Below are positions 49,219-50,255 of a stretch of 50,255 bases of DNA, one piece after another. The DNA is from Myxococcales bacterium. GTDB taxonomy: Bacteria > Desulfobacterota > Binatia > HRBIN30. A model generated the notes under the pieces. The model ran no database searches, was not told the DNA's origin, and saw only the letters and a list, made by a program, of their open reading frames with translations. The stretch's first letter is position 1. Every line of letters starts with the position of its first letter. The position numbers and the translations under genes are program-made. The stretch spans positions 1 through 50,255 of the forward strand of contig JBBILD010000026.1 in assembly GCA_037445065.1 (NCBI GenBank), written 5' to 3'.

Positions 49219-50232
49219 TCACCGGACCTCGACTTCCACCGCGTCCCGCCCGCAAGGCTCAATGCGGACCATGCAGTCTACAAACGTTTCCACAATGTGT
49301 CGATTCGTCTCCGCATGGCGCGAGAGCGGCAAGGTTCGGAAGCAGCCCTTGGCAAAGGCCAGGGGCAAGAGCAGTTGATCCGCCAAGTGCGCTCCCACCG
49401 GCACGCCCGCGTCGAGGTACCGCTGGACCTGCGCGCACGCGTCGCGGGCAACCTCTTCGGCGCGGATCCCGCGCTGGCCGAAGGAGGCAACCAATTCCGT
49501 GATTCGATCCGCCTCGACCGTGACGAAGATCACATTCCCAGGCCCCTGCCCCGGGGGCAGCACCTCGGTAATGAGTGCCTCATCGGACAAGCCGAGCCCC
49601 TGCTGAACCACGCGCAACTCGCGGTGGGCAATGGAAGGAGGGAGATCCGCCACCATCGCACGCGCAACGATCGCTCTGACCGCTCCCCGTTCGCGCAAGT
49701 CGAGTTCTGTCCAGGACTGCACGGGATCTACCCAAGCGCGGAATTCTCCATTGCCGCGCGGGTAAAAGCCGTGCCGCATCAAGGAGACGGTGGCGTGCGC
49801 TCCCATGGACTGGAGTACCGGCAGGTAGGTAGTGGCGATGAAATCGAACGGCGGGGCACCTGGGTTATCCGTTCCGCCTACCAGTTCGAGTTCGGAAGGT
49901 CCTTTCGCACACCACAAGGGCAGCAGCACCGTTTGCAGCACCAGCGTTGCACTCCCAGCCGAACCCACGTCGAAGCGAAAGCGGCCGTGCCGGATCGTGC
50001 GCGGGCGGAATTCCAACGTCTGGGAACCTAAAGTGTCCCCTGCGAGCGTTGCATCGCTGATCTCGGCCGCTGCCCGCACCGCGGTCAAGTGCTGGCGCAG
50101 CAAGCCGGGCCGGTTCCTGCCGGCGCGAATTCGCTCGATGCGAAACGGCTGACCCGTAACGACGGACAAGGCGAGCGCCGAGCGCAAGATTTGACCGCCG
50201 CCCTCGCCCACGGATCCATCGAGCAGCAGCAC
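49219..50232 (-). CDS. rtcA: RNA 3'-terminal phosphate cyclase
   Basis: DGSVGEGGGQILRSAL, RPGLLRQHL, GGTDN..APP, GFYP.G.G and catalytic HLADQL motifs. Confidence 0.95.
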   Translation of the reverse strand: MLLLDGSVGEGGGQILRSALALSVVTGQPFRIERIRAGRNRPGLLRQHLTAVRAAAEISDATLAGDTLGSQTLEFRPRTIRHGRFRFDVGSAGSATLVLQTVLLPLWCAKGPSELELVGGTDNPGAPPFDFIATTYLPVLQSMGAHATVSLMRHGFYPRGNGEFRAWVDPVQSWTELDLRERGAVRAIVARAMVADLPPSIAHRELRVVQQGLGLSDEALITEVLPPGQGPGNVIFVTVEADRITELVASFGQRGIRAEEVARDACAQVQRYLDAGVPVGAHLADQLLLPLAFAKGCFRTLPLSRHAETNRHIVETFVDCMVRIEPCGRDAVEVEVR

Positions 50233-50255
50233 CGCGACGGCTCCCCTTTTACCGC

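Overview
High-GC bacterial chromosomal window with about 41 supportable CDSs and no rRNA, tRNA, CRISPR array, transposase or phage gene that I can see. The content is lipid/CoA metabolism, Cys-rich and FG-GAP secreted proteins and a sulfatase-like lipoprotein. This resembles Binatia/Myxococcota-type organisms, which is inference only. Recognisable genes include manC with a eukaryote-type (Sec53/PMM2-like) phosphomannomutase, ethylmalonyl-CoA mutase (meaA/ecm) divergent from a 3-hydroxyacyl-CoA dehydrogenase-thiolase-malic enzyme run, sixA, an orphan mreB, trpF, a Na,K-ATPase-like P-type ATPase, pcrA and rtcA. The most striking unexplained structure is a family of composite intergenic repeats at nine loci (roughly 2.8-2.9 kb, about 6% of the window). 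Each locus is a shuffled mosaic of two co-varying GTAG-footed REP hairpins, usually back to back 53 nt apart, variable-copy 7-mer tandem arrays, a GTGGGTGTCCACGGAAC module and a tRNA T-loop-like hairpin. One copy provides a gene's stop codon. The window also starts inside a secreted protein with ADAM/snake-venom-type disintegrin repeats that the ORF track missed. All product calls come from motif recognition, not database searches.
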